Shown here: in pieces, positions 22,471-31,016 of the stretch
Layout of the letters: every line of letters begins with the position of its first letter
Numbering within the stretch: the first letter of the stretch is position 1
Source of the DNA: a virus
Lineage: Duplodnaviria; Heunggongvirae; Uroviricota; Caudoviricetes
Length of the DNA: 64,000 nt
Direction: 5' to 3' (one strand)
Virus record (IMG/VR): IMGVR_UViG_3300028591_000001
Span: 115,547-179,546 of that record
Made by a program: the position numbers and the translations under genes
Notes under the pieces: model-generated
Databases searched by the model: none
Seen by the model: only the letters and a program-made list of their open reading frames with translations
What the model was told of the DNA's origin: nothing

Positions 22471-22556
22471 TTTACATAAATTCTATAATTGGATATTAAA
22501 AATGTAGTAGAATTTTTAACTAAAGATTATAGGTGTTCTAGGTAGCTCCTAGAATA

Positions 22557-22649
22557 AGCAGGTTGGTGTAATGGTCAACGTTAGTTGGTAGCTACTAATA
22601 CAACATATTCCTAAAAGGAATGATAAAGGTTCGAATCCTTTGCCTGCTG
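22557..22649 (+). tRNA. tRNA-like (93 nt) with good acceptor and T-arm, an extra ~20 nt, and no identifiable anticodon
   Basis: Acceptor AGCAGGT/GCCTGCT, T AAAGG-TTCGAAT-CCTTT. Interior carries TGGTAGCTACT. Confidence 0.35.
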
Positions 22650-22713
22650 CAAATTTAATTTTGATTTTTCATAAATTAAAATAAATTAAAAAATAAAAAT
22701 AATTTTTAATGTT

Positions 22714-24264
22714 ATGAAAATAATTCCAAAATTACAAACAGCATGGCAGCCATTATAGGTTGATAATACTAGAGTACAAAAACCTATGGTTATGTAGCCT
22801 ATAAAAAGAACTTTAAAACCTGGAGAAATGTTGTTAAATTTAGGAGGACAACAAACAGTAGTGACTCCAAAACAAACATATATTCAATAGGATAATCGTT
22901 CAGATAAATAGAGAAAATCAGATTAGAAATATGCTTAGCAGAAAAGAAAATAGATTGAATTAGATAAAGCATAGAAAAGAACTGGAGAAGTTGCTAGTGC
23001 TTTTTTAGAAAGAACAATGCCTTCTTATTGGGCTTAGTAGTTAACTAATGAATCTCTTAATCCAATATAGTAGTTTTTAATTGATGGATTTAGTCCAGGA
23101 AAAGTTATTAAAGGGGGATTAACTACTGCTGCTATATTAACAGCTCCAATTAGAGGACTTTCAAAAACAAAATTTGGAACTCATATTGTAGAAGAAGGAG
23201 GAAAAAAATTAATAGCAGAAAGGGTTCATCCTGAATGGTTTAGTGGAATATCTCCAGAATTATAGAAAGAAGCTGAAACATTTTTAAAAGAAGGATTAAC
23301 TAAAAGACCAATATTATATGAAGAAGTTAAAAATAATCCAGAATTAATGTAGTTTGTTAAAGATATTGCAGAAGGTAAAAATTAGGAAATTTTAGCAAGA
23401 TTTAATGAAACAAAAGTTGCTCCGAATTTAGGTTCTCTTATAGCACTAAAACAAACTGGATTACCTCAAACTAAACACGTAGTAATAGGTCAAAAAGGAC
23501 ATTCTCCAATTATAGGAGATTGGCATAATACAAAAAATATGGGTAATTATAATTATTTTGCTGGAGGAGAAAATGCTAAATGGGCAGCTGCTTAGTATGC
23601 TGATGTTGGCACCTTTGAACAAGCACATAATTTATTGATTAGTAGAGGTTTTACTCCTGGTTCTAAGTAGTATGAAACAGCTATGGAAGAATTTTCTAAA
23701 ATAATGGATATGCAAAAAGCTAAAGGAGTAAAAAGATTTGCTTATAAAGAGGGTGCTAAAGATAGAAGTGGAGGAGCTAAAAACTTTAGTTGGGAACATT
23801 TGATTACTAAAGGTCCCACAAAAAAGAAAATAGAATGGACTCCAGAAGAAAGAGATAACTATCTAGATGCATTAAAAAATTGGACAAATTTCTGGGGAAA
23901 AGATATAGAAAGTGGAGGTTCTAGACAAGTGATTGCTAGAGCTGATAGTCCTTTAGGATTTGCTACAATAGAAGCTAATGGAAGAAATTATAAGGAATTA
24001 GGAGGTTCTTATATAGAAATGCCTGGAATTTCTAGGCCAAATAAAATTGATGTTAATACTGATGCAAATAAATTAGGAAAGTAGTTAGAAAAATTAAAAA
24101 TTCCATTATTTAGAGTATCAGAAGTTGATGATCCAATAAGAATTAATACTCACGGTTCCTACGGATTACCAAGTACTAACACATGGTTTTTTCAACATAA
24201 AAAAGGAGGAAAATTAAATGAAAATAACAGAAGAAATGCGTTGGGTATGTTTAAAAGGATATGA
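22714..24264 (+). CDS. Late-type protein of about 516 aa with at least 15 recoded TAG codons. Function unknown.
   Basis: ATG 22714, frame traced through many TAG, including the one at 24082-24084, to TGA 24262-24264. ORF 23683-24084 is an internal fragment. Confidence 0.5.
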
Positions 24265-24359
24265 AATAATTACATACCCAATTATTCTTTTTTATCTTTC
24301 CTGGTTCACTTCTTATTTTATTAAATTTGATTTCATAAAATATATTTGGTTAAAACTAC

Positions 24360-24929
24360 ATGGATATGAAGAATGGACAGATAATTGTGAAGAACAAGAA
24401 GTGTAAAGTTGAGAATATTCTTAAAGAATATCCAAATGCTGAAATTTTTGATGTGACCAGTAAAGGAGAATATAAAACTTTATCTCCTTTCTATCCACAT
24501 AATTCTATTCCTGTTCCATTTTCTGGTTCAGTAACTTCTCAATCTGTTGAAGGAATTTGGCAAGGTCTTAAAGTATTTGAACGTGAAGGAATAGACTTTT
24601 CTTGTTTTAATAATAAAACAATGAAAAATCTTAAAAGAACTGTTAAAACTCACGGTAGATGTCTTGGACATCAAAAAGGTTTAGGTTCTAAAGAACTTCT
24701 CGGATATATTGATGCGAGAAAAAATATTTATATTCCTTCTTATATGTGGATGCTCGAAAACAAATGTCAAAAAGAAATTGCATACTTTAAAAGTCTACTC
24801 AAAGAAGGAAAAATAATAGTTTTTCTGGACTATGATACAAATGAGAATGTAGAGGATGCTTTAAAACCTTTATCTCATGCATCTTTAATTAAAAAATATT
24901 TATTAAATGAAATACGAACAACAAATTGA
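24360..24929 (+). CDS. Hypothetical protein, 189 aa
   Basis: ORF track. Confidence 0.5.
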   Translation: MDMKNGQIIVKNKKCKVENILKEYPNAEIFDVTSKGEYKTLSPFYPHNSIPVPFSGSVTSQSVEGIWQGLKVFEREGIDFSCFNNKTMKNLKRTVKTHGRCLGHQKGLGSKELLGYIDARKNIYIPSYMWMLENKCQKEIAYFKSLLKEGKIIVFLDYDTNENVEDALKPLSHASLIKKYLLNEIRTTN

Positions 24930-25073
24930 TAGATTCCTCTTTGGACAAATGAGTTCTGAAGAGGAATCTTTATTTTTGCAGGAATGTAAAACAAATAAAG
25001 AACTTAGAGAAGAAGCACAAATGACTGCTCTTCTAGTAAAAGCATTAAAAACATCTAAACAAAATTAACAAAT

Positions 25074-25499
25074 ATGAAATGTCCCACATGTAACCAAGAA
25101 ATTGGAAAGTTTGTCTCAGATGAACGTTCCATAAAAGAAAAAGGAGAATGTTTTGAGTGTGCTCTTTGGCGTAAAAGATTACCTTTAGTAAAGAATTCTA
25201 ATGTAGCTATTATTGATGGCACATTCTATACTATTGGTGATGAAGACTCTAAAGATCCATTTAGAGGATTTGGTGGTGATAAATTTGTCATCAAGTTTAA
25301 AGATGGCAGAGAAGTTACTACAACTAATCTCTGGTGTGGTGGTCATATCTCTGAACATTGGAGACCTCAATTTCCTGATAATGCCAATTTTGATTGGAAA
25401 TGGAAGAAGATTGGCGAATGTAATTATCTTATTCCAAAAGAAATTGAAGAAATTCCTGATTCTTTAATTGCTCAAGCTGAAACTAATATTGGAATGTAA
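25074..25499 (+). CDS. Zinc-ribbon protein, 141 aa
   Basis: CPTCNQ...CFEC. AACAAATATG start context. Confidence 0.5.
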   Translation: MKCPTCNQEIGKFVSDERSIKEKGECFECALWRKRLPLVKNSNVAIIDGTFYTIGDEDSKDPFRGFGGDKFVIKFKDGREVTTTNLWCGGHISEHWRPQFPDNANFDWKWKKIGECNYLIPKEIEEIPDSLIAQAETNIGM

Positions 25500-25893
25500 T
25501 ATGAAAGTAAAAGTATTTCAACTTCAACAAAAGAAATTTGATTCTGAAGGAAATATTATTCCAAGAGACAAACGTAAAAATAAAATTGTTTGTATTGGTA
25601 CAGTAATAGTTCCAAAGAATAAAAAGAATTTCGTTGAAGACGTAATCTGGGATTTATTTAATTGGGCTTGTTGGTGGCCTTATCAAAAGGTTAACATCTA
25701 TTTAAAAGGGCTTAGAAGAGGATTTAGAAAACAAGGTTATCGTTGTTTTCCTAATTCTAATGCTCAAGGATATTGTAATTCAGATATTTTCTTCAAATTA
25801 GAAAATAAATGGATGATAGCAAAATCATTTGGATGGGATAAAGCTGACTCTTATGAGGAAGCTGTAAACATAGTTATTAAACAACAATTTTAA
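25500..25893 (+). CDS. Hypothetical protein, 130 aa
   Basis: Start at the ATG immediately after the stop of the previous gene. Confidence 0.45.
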
Positions 25894-25898
25894 TTAAA

Positions 25899-26081
25899 AT
25901 GAAAGCAACAGAAAAGAAATTTGTATGTGACCTAATTTCATTGGTCGCAAATGCTGTAGCTACTGGAACTATTTCAGAAGCCGAAGACTATCTTGTAGAT
26001 CGTTATCAAGGTGAGGATAATGATTTAATTGAACACTCACTAAATGTATTAACAAATATTAAAAACAAACAAGCAATATGA
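25899..26081 (+). CDS. Hypothetical protein, 60 aa
   Basis: ORF track. Confidence 0.35.
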   Translation: MKATEKKFVCDLISLVANAVATGTISEAEDYLVDRYQGEDNDLIEHSLNVLTNIKNKQAI

Positions 26082-26354
26082 ATGATGTTATTCTAGAATG
26101 GACAATCATTCCTTCTAATAAATGATTATGAAATTTAGAGTATTAATTAATAAAGGTATGAGTACTATTACTCAGTCTTTTAGAGTATATTCCGAAGCAC
26201 TTCAATTCCAACGAGAAAATGGAGGAATCATTTATCTAAAAGTTAGAAGTTATGGAGGAAGAAATTAAACAATACTTGAATAAATCAATTGTAGACATCT
26301 CACGAAAGTGTGGTGTCTACATTGAAGATGTTGTAAAAACAATTAAAAAATTAT

Positions 26355-26786
26355 ATGGAAATGAGAATTAATTTTACAAAAGACCACATGGCTCGTCTGG
26401 TAGACCTTGCAGACGCAGCATTGTTTGATAAAACAGTAGTGGTTACAAAACTAGGTCAGCAACTCAATATTTATGAGTTACTTCATATGACGTCAATTAA
26501 TCAACTTAATGAGATTAAAACAAGTCTTACTAAGAAGATTGAGAAAGTTGAAGCATCCGATGAATGGATTGCTCCAGATAATGATAAACTTCAGTCAATA
26601 AAAGATGCCAAGGAATTGGTAAATCTTATTATTGGTTGGAAGCGTTATAATCTGGAGTTGGATGAGAACGCTCGTAAGAAGGAAGAGCTTTCTAAGAAGC
26701 TTTCTGAACTGAAGGAATCTACAAAGACTCCAGAAGATCGAATTAAGGAACTTGAAGCTCAACTTAAAGAGTTAGAAGAATTCTAA
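26355..26786 (+). CDS. Coiled-coil protein, 143 aa
   Basis: ORF track. EELKxL heptads. Confidence 0.5.
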   Translation: MEMRINFTKDHMARLVDLADAALFDKTVVVTKLGQQLNIYELLHMTSINQLNEIKTSLTKKIEKVEASDEWIAPDNDKLQSIKDAKELVNLIIGWKRYNLELDENARKKEELSKKLSELKESTKTPEDRIKELEAQLKELEEF

Positions 26787-26789
26787 TAA

Positions 26790-27583
26790 TAGTAGTACAA
26801 GGATTGAAAGTGTCCAGGTTTAAAGATTTCCTTATTGCTGATGATCAAGTGGTTGCCATGGTAATAGTGGTTCTAGGTGATGGCAAGTCCTAGACTAGCA
26901 ACAGCGACTGGCTCAGATAAACAATTGAAGGATTAAGTGTAATAACGCGCTACTATTATTTAAATCAGATTAGTTTTAATAAAATTTTAAAGAACAGATA
27001 TTCTGTGCGAGTATCGGGTTAGTGCAACCTCACACAGAAGAAAAATAATGGTTATTACCGTGACTATCTCCGCCAAATTGTAGGTAGAAGTACATGAGCA
27101 ACGAAAGCCTTGTCACCTACTCGGGAAAACGTGAAAGAATAGTTCTGTTCTTTAAATAATATAAGACTGAAGCTTGATATCGGGATAGCAATTAAAACCC
27201 GCTTTTCCTCTCTTGGAAGTAATGTTGGATAGATATAGCCCAATATTGTTATGAAGTAGAGATAAAACGGCTCGAAGCCACTCTTTTAAAAATAAAGGTA
27301 AACCAAAGAGCATACTCCAGATACGACAACAATACTCTAAGGAATTCCTTTTAAAAATAGGATTTACAGGTCAAAGAGAAGACGGATAATTGTGTAAATA
27401 ATAGAGGTTTAATGGCTCTACAAAACAAAACAGGGTTAAATAGCAAGTAGCACCGTAAATGCGAAATGGTTAGAGAGTAATCTCGGTAAGCCTTAAATAT
27501 GGTAAGGTACCCTTGAGTGAAGAACACGATCCTATTTGTTTTATGGCACAGAAGTTAGTTACTTACAAATTTAACAATTAATT
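26790..27583 (+). ncRNA. Candidate structured non-coding region (~0.8 kb, GC-richer, hairpin-rich) upstream of the Ro-like gene. Ends with the GTTACTTACAAAT module 15 nt before ATG 27584.
   Basis: No ORFs. Helices such as TTGCCAT...ATGGCAA and CTGTG...CACAG. Contains GTGACTATCTCC, related to other tRNA-like pieces. Confidence 0.3.
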
Positions 27584-29419
27584 ATGATTACAGTAGAATT
27601 AAACAAGAAAAATGAGAATCCATTTTATGGATGTAGTAACTGTTTGAAACTTATTGAACAAGCAGCAGGTAATGTGACTAATTCTATGCTCGATGCAGCA
27701 TGGAAAGAAGTTGCACAAGACCTAGAAAAGAAAAAGATGTTCTTCTCTATATTATTCTCTATTGGAGATATTACAGGAAGACAGCATAATATCTTTGGTA
27801 AGAAGAAGATAGATTCTGGTGGTAATGCCAACAGAGATTCTTTTAATACAATCTTCCATTGGTTGTGGAATAATAACAAGAATCAATTCATTAAGTTCAT
27901 GAATGCACAGTTGTTCAATGAATATACTTGTTTTGATTTCTTGTTCCAGAATCGTGTGAAGACCAAAGGTTCAAAAGTACTGAATGTATTCTCTGCTTAC
28001 AATGATCCTGAGTACAAGAAGGCTCTTCTTAACTATGTGTATTCTGTTATCAATGGCACTAATCCATTTAACAAAATGCTTGTGGCTAAGTTCTTGACTA
28101 TTCCTCGTACATCTAAGAGACAAGGTCATAAGAAAATGCTTCCTGAAACTCTTAAGATTATGAGAGAAAAGAAAGCTTTCTTGGAGGAATTGTCTAAGAT
28201 GATGGGTTGGGAGATTGAATATTTCAAAGGCTATCGTGAGTGGAGAAAGCAGTATAATGGTGAATTGGAATCTGTTCTGTTCTCTACTGGAAAGATTAAC
28301 GAATTTACTAAGGATGAATTCATTAGTTGGTTCGATAAACTTCCAGCACAGGCTCGTTTCAGAGTGAAGAATCGTATTCTTTATTCTAAAAAGAATGAAG
28401 ATATGAATGATGGTAATCGTGTTGTTGATTTATCCGATTCTGGATATAAATGGGCTAAGTTTCAACCTTGGTTGAAAGAATGGGAACAGTTCAAGGAGAA
28501 TAAGCAGCAAGAACAGAGAATTCTTGAAGAGAAAGTTCGTCAAGGACAAGCTACCGATGAAGATAAGATTAAACTTCAGAAAGTAAAGAAGGAAGCTAAA
28601 GTTACAACTGGTGCTACTAACTTTAATGAATTGTATCAATCGATTCTTAATGGTAATGTAGACAAGTTGAAACTTGAATCATTCATTCAGAATAAAGTTA
28701 ATTTACCATATAATAGTTTGGTAATTATTGACGATTCTGGAAGTATGGGTGGAGCTCCTTTCAACTTTGCAAAGTTTATTGCTTCGGTATGTCTTGTTAA
28801 GAATCCAGATGATGATGCTCGTAATCTGATTGGATTCTTCAATAGTCGTTCTCACTGGCACAGTTTCATTGATCAAACTTCTTCTCGTAAGAATAGTCTT
28901 CTTAGAACTCAAATTGCTCAAACTAATACTAAACCATTAGTTGATCCAAAATTGAGTTTCTATGATAACTACCAGAGAATTAGTAAATTCTGTGATGCTA
29001 CTTATCAAGGAGGTGGAACTCGATTGAATTCAATTCCACAAGGATTGGAATATATCATCCATGAGAATCCAGACATGCTTGATACTCTTAAGGAATATCC
29101 TATTTGGACAATTTGTTCAGATGGAGATCTAAATTCCTGTTGGAACGCTAAGTCAAGTATGTTAGAGTTCCAGAATGATTGTCGTCGTATTCTTGGGTTT
29201 GTTCCTTTTGTCGTAATGATTGAAATATATCGTTATGGACAACCTTCAATTAATCATTTTGAAGGAATTGAGAATATGATATATATTCCATCAAATCCTG
29301 CTCAGATTGAACAATTCTTAACCAACTTTAAGGATATGGATATCTTTGATGTTTATACTCCACTGTTGAGTCTGTATCGTTCAAATCGTTATCAATTAGT
29401 ACGTGAAAATACTCTTTGA
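27584..29419 (+). CDS. 611-aa protein with a C-terminal von Willebrand factor A domain (MIDAS DDSGSMGG, GGGT, SDG). Candidate Ro60/TROVE-like RNA-binding protein.
   Basis: vWA motifs seen directly. A ~360-aa N-terminal non-ATPase region is followed by the vWA domain, which is the Ro60/Rsr layout. Surrounded by tRNA-like RNAs. Confidence 0.6.
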   Translation: MITVELNKKNENPFYGCSNCLKLIEQAAGNVTNSMLDAAWKEVAQDLEKKKMFFSILFSIGDITGRQHNIFGKKKIDSGGNANRDSFNTIFHWLWNNNKNQFIKFMNAQLFNEYTCFDFLFQNRVKTKGSKVLNVFSAYNDPEYKKALLNYVYSVINGTNPFNKMLVAKFLTIPRTSKRQGHKKMLPETLKIMREKKAFLEELSKMMGWEIEYFKGYREWRKQYNGELESVLFSTGKINEFTKDEFISWFDKLPAQARFRVKNRILYSKKNEDMNDGNRVVDLSDSGYKWAKFQPWLKEWEQFKENKQQEQRILEEKVRQGQATDEDKIKLQKVKKEAKVTTGATNFNELYQSILNGNVDKLKLESFIQNKVNLPYNSLVIIDDSGSMGGAPFNFAKFIASVCLVKNPDDDARNLIGFFNSRSHWHSFIDQTSSRKNSLLRTQIAQTNTKPLVDPKLSFYDNYQRISKFCDATYQGGGTRLNSIPQGLEYIIHENPDMLDTLKEYPIWTICSDGDLNSCWNAKSSMLEFQNDCRRILGFVPFVVMIEIYRYGQPSINHFEGIENMIYIPSNPAQIEQFLTNFKDMDIFDVYTPLLSLYRSNRYQLVRENTL

Positions 29420-29443
29420 GTATTTTTGCATATATTCCAAGTT

Positions 29444-29482
29444 TGCTAGAGGAGAGATTTAATTCTCTCTTCTAGTTTTAGA
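29444..29482 (+). terminator. Rho-independent terminator
   Basis: GCTAGAGGAGAGA tttaatt TCTCTCTTCTAG followed by TTTTAG. Confidence 0.5.
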
Positions 29483-29534
29483 AGAAAAAGAATAAATCAT
29501 AATAGAAATGAATTAAAGATACTTACAATCTCAA

Positions 29535-29607
29535 ATTACATTAGCTCATTTGGTAGAGCACTAGATTGATAATCCAGGAGTAGCGAGTTCGATTCTCGTA
29601 TGTAGAC
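29535..29607 (+). tRNA. tRNA-Ile(GAU)
   Basis: D GCTC-ATTTGGTA-GAGC, anticodon stem CTAGA/TCCAG with loop TTGATAA, T GCGAG-TTCGATT-CTCGT, acceptor ATTACAT/ATGTAGA (A1-A72 mismatch). Flanked by AAAGATACTT...AAGTATCTTT. Confidence 0.65.
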
Positions 29608-29625
29608 CAGAAAGTATCTTTATTT

Positions 29626-29764
29626 GGGGAACTTGAGTAATGGTAAGCTCAAATTATATACGGGTAACCTAGGACAATCTTTTGATTTAGGGTTACCTAC
29701 AATATCATCATCTATAATTTTTCTAGGATTTCTAGAGATGTAAGTTCAAATCTTACGTTCCCCG
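29626..29764 (+). ncRNA. tRNA-like RNA (139 nt) with acceptor, D-arm, class-II variable hairpin and T-arm, but no anticodon loop. The anticodon region is replaced by the hairpin GGGTAACC...GGGTTACC-TACAAT.
   Basis: Acceptor GGGGAAC/GTTCCCC perfect with discriminator G. D GAGT-AATGGTAA-GCTC. T GTAAG-TTCAAAT-CTTAC. 8-bp helix AAATTATA/TATAATTT encloses the module hairpin. Confidence 0.5.
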
Positions 29765-29995
29765 CTAATCCAAACTATAACAATATTATTGACGTTCTTG
29801 ACATATGAATTGAAAGCAAACGTAGGTGCTTTAATTGCATTGGTAAACGTTAGGATAAATCAAGACCTAATACTAAGGAAGAAATTGTTATTTCTGTACA
29901 GAGTTTGGATTAAATTGCCAGGGTAACTCAATAAATTGATTTTAGTAATTTTATTAGTTACTTACAATACTATAGTTTTCAAAAAGGTTAGAGTA

Positions 29996-30045
29996 TTTGA
30001 TTGAAATTCAAAGAGTTGTTGGTTCGATTTCAACTCCGCCCACCA
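29996..30045 (+). pseudogene. tRNA-Phe(GAA)-like 3-prime portion (anticodon arm, T-arm, acceptor 3-prime strand, encoded CCA). No matching 5-prime acceptor or D-arm was found.
   Basis: TTTGA-TTGAAAT-TCAAA, T GTTGG-TTCGATT-TCAAC, TCCGCCC A CCA. Preceded by a closed module hairpin ending TACAAT at 29964-29969. Confidence 0.35.
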
Positions 30046-30127
30046 AATAAGTCGTGAGACTTTATGTCATTGTAATAAATGACCATACGCAGAAGTTTTA
30101 AATGACAGTCCGAAAAGACGGACACTT

Positions 30128-30263
30128 GAGGGGTTCGTCTAGTGGTTTAGGACACAGAAAAATATAAAATTTTACTAGTATCAGGCTGATACTTACTATA
30201 TCACAATTAAATTGAATATAGCAATCCAAGCCTGGAACAGAGGTTCGATTCCTTTACCCCTCA
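30128..30263 (+). ncRNA. tRNA-like RNA (136 nt) with perfect acceptor, D-arm and T-arm, and an 85-nt insert containing the module hairpin GTATCAG-G-CTGATACT-TACTAT in place of the anticodon arm
   Basis: Acceptor GAGGGGT/ACCCCTC, D GTCT-AGTGGTTTA-GGAC, T AGAGG-TTCGATT-CCTTT. Confidence 0.45.
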
Positions 30264-30266
30264 CTA

Positions 30267-30465
30267 CTTGCCAACAAACGGTTATTTAATAAGTAATTAT
30301 AAATAAGACTGGAGAGTGAGGCGTAAGATCCCAGTATAAAACGCTCTTAAAATAAACTTTAGGATGATGCGAATAATAGTAACATCTAGTAAACCTAAGA
30401 CATCGTAACTTCAAAATTTGTTTATAATGAAAGTTTTAGCAAAGGTTCGATTCCTTTGGTTGGCA
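30267..30465 (+). other. Possible tRNA-like element with a ~130-nt insert (acceptor 6 of 7 pairs plus a canonical T-arm)
   Basis: GCCAACA ... AAAGG-TTCGATT-CCTTT GGTTGGC A. Confidence 0.25.
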
Positions 30466-30496
30466 CATTATAGAATATTAAATAAATTTAAACAAT

Positions 30497-31003
30497 ATGG
30501 AACAAATTATTTATGGAATTACAATTATTCTCTATGCAGTATTTATAATCCGATTTATCCTTAGTTGGGTAGGCGGAGATTTTGATTTAGATATGGATGC
30601 TGATGGAGATGTTGATTTAGGTGATGTTGTGTCATTTAAAGGTGCTACTCATTTTTTAATGGGATTTTTTAGTTGGTTATCAGCTAAATTACTTACTGCT
30701 CATACTATAGAATGGTATGATTATATTATAGCATTTGCATTAGGAGTAGTATTCTTTATAGTATTAGTGTATATTTATAAACTAATGATGAAATTAGAAT
30801 GTAAACCAATCATATTAACAGGAAAACAGTTAATAGGAAAATCTGCTAAAGTTTATTTACATGTTGATTATAATAAATATATTATCACAGTAAATAATGG
30901 AATAGGTACAACAGAAGTTCCAGCTCACTCCTCTAGTAAACATAATATTGGTGATATGGTTACCATTCTTGATTACAAAGACTCTTATTACATAATCAAA
31001 TAA
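30497..31003 (+). CDS. NfeD-like membrane protein (YqiJ-type) with a C-terminal OB-fold
   Basis: N-terminal TM helices, acidic DFDLDMDADGDVDLGD, C-terminal beta-rich segment KVYLHVDYNKYIITVNNGIGTTEV...IGDMVTILD. Immediately upstream of the flotillin gene. Confidence 0.6.
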   Translation: MEQIIYGITIILYAVFIIRFILSWVGGDFDLDMDADGDVDLGDVVSFKGATHFLMGFFSWLSAKLLTAHTIEWYDYIIAFALGVVFFIVLVYIYKLMMKLECKPIILTGKQLIGKSAKVYLHVDYNKYIITVNNGIGTTEVPAHSSSKHNIGDMVTILDYKDSYYIIK

Positions 31004-31016
31004 TTAAACAAACATT

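Noticed and set aside
27625-28921. Minus-strand ORFs of 69-84 aa inside 27584-29419
   Set aside because: They lie antisense within the long vWA-domain gene. Antisense ORFs are common in AT-rich DNA.
29996-30045. Full tRNA-Phe gene
   Set aside because: The required 5-prime acceptor strand GGGCGGA and a D-arm are absent on both sides. The only GGGCGGA in the window (about 19570) is not followed by a D-arm.
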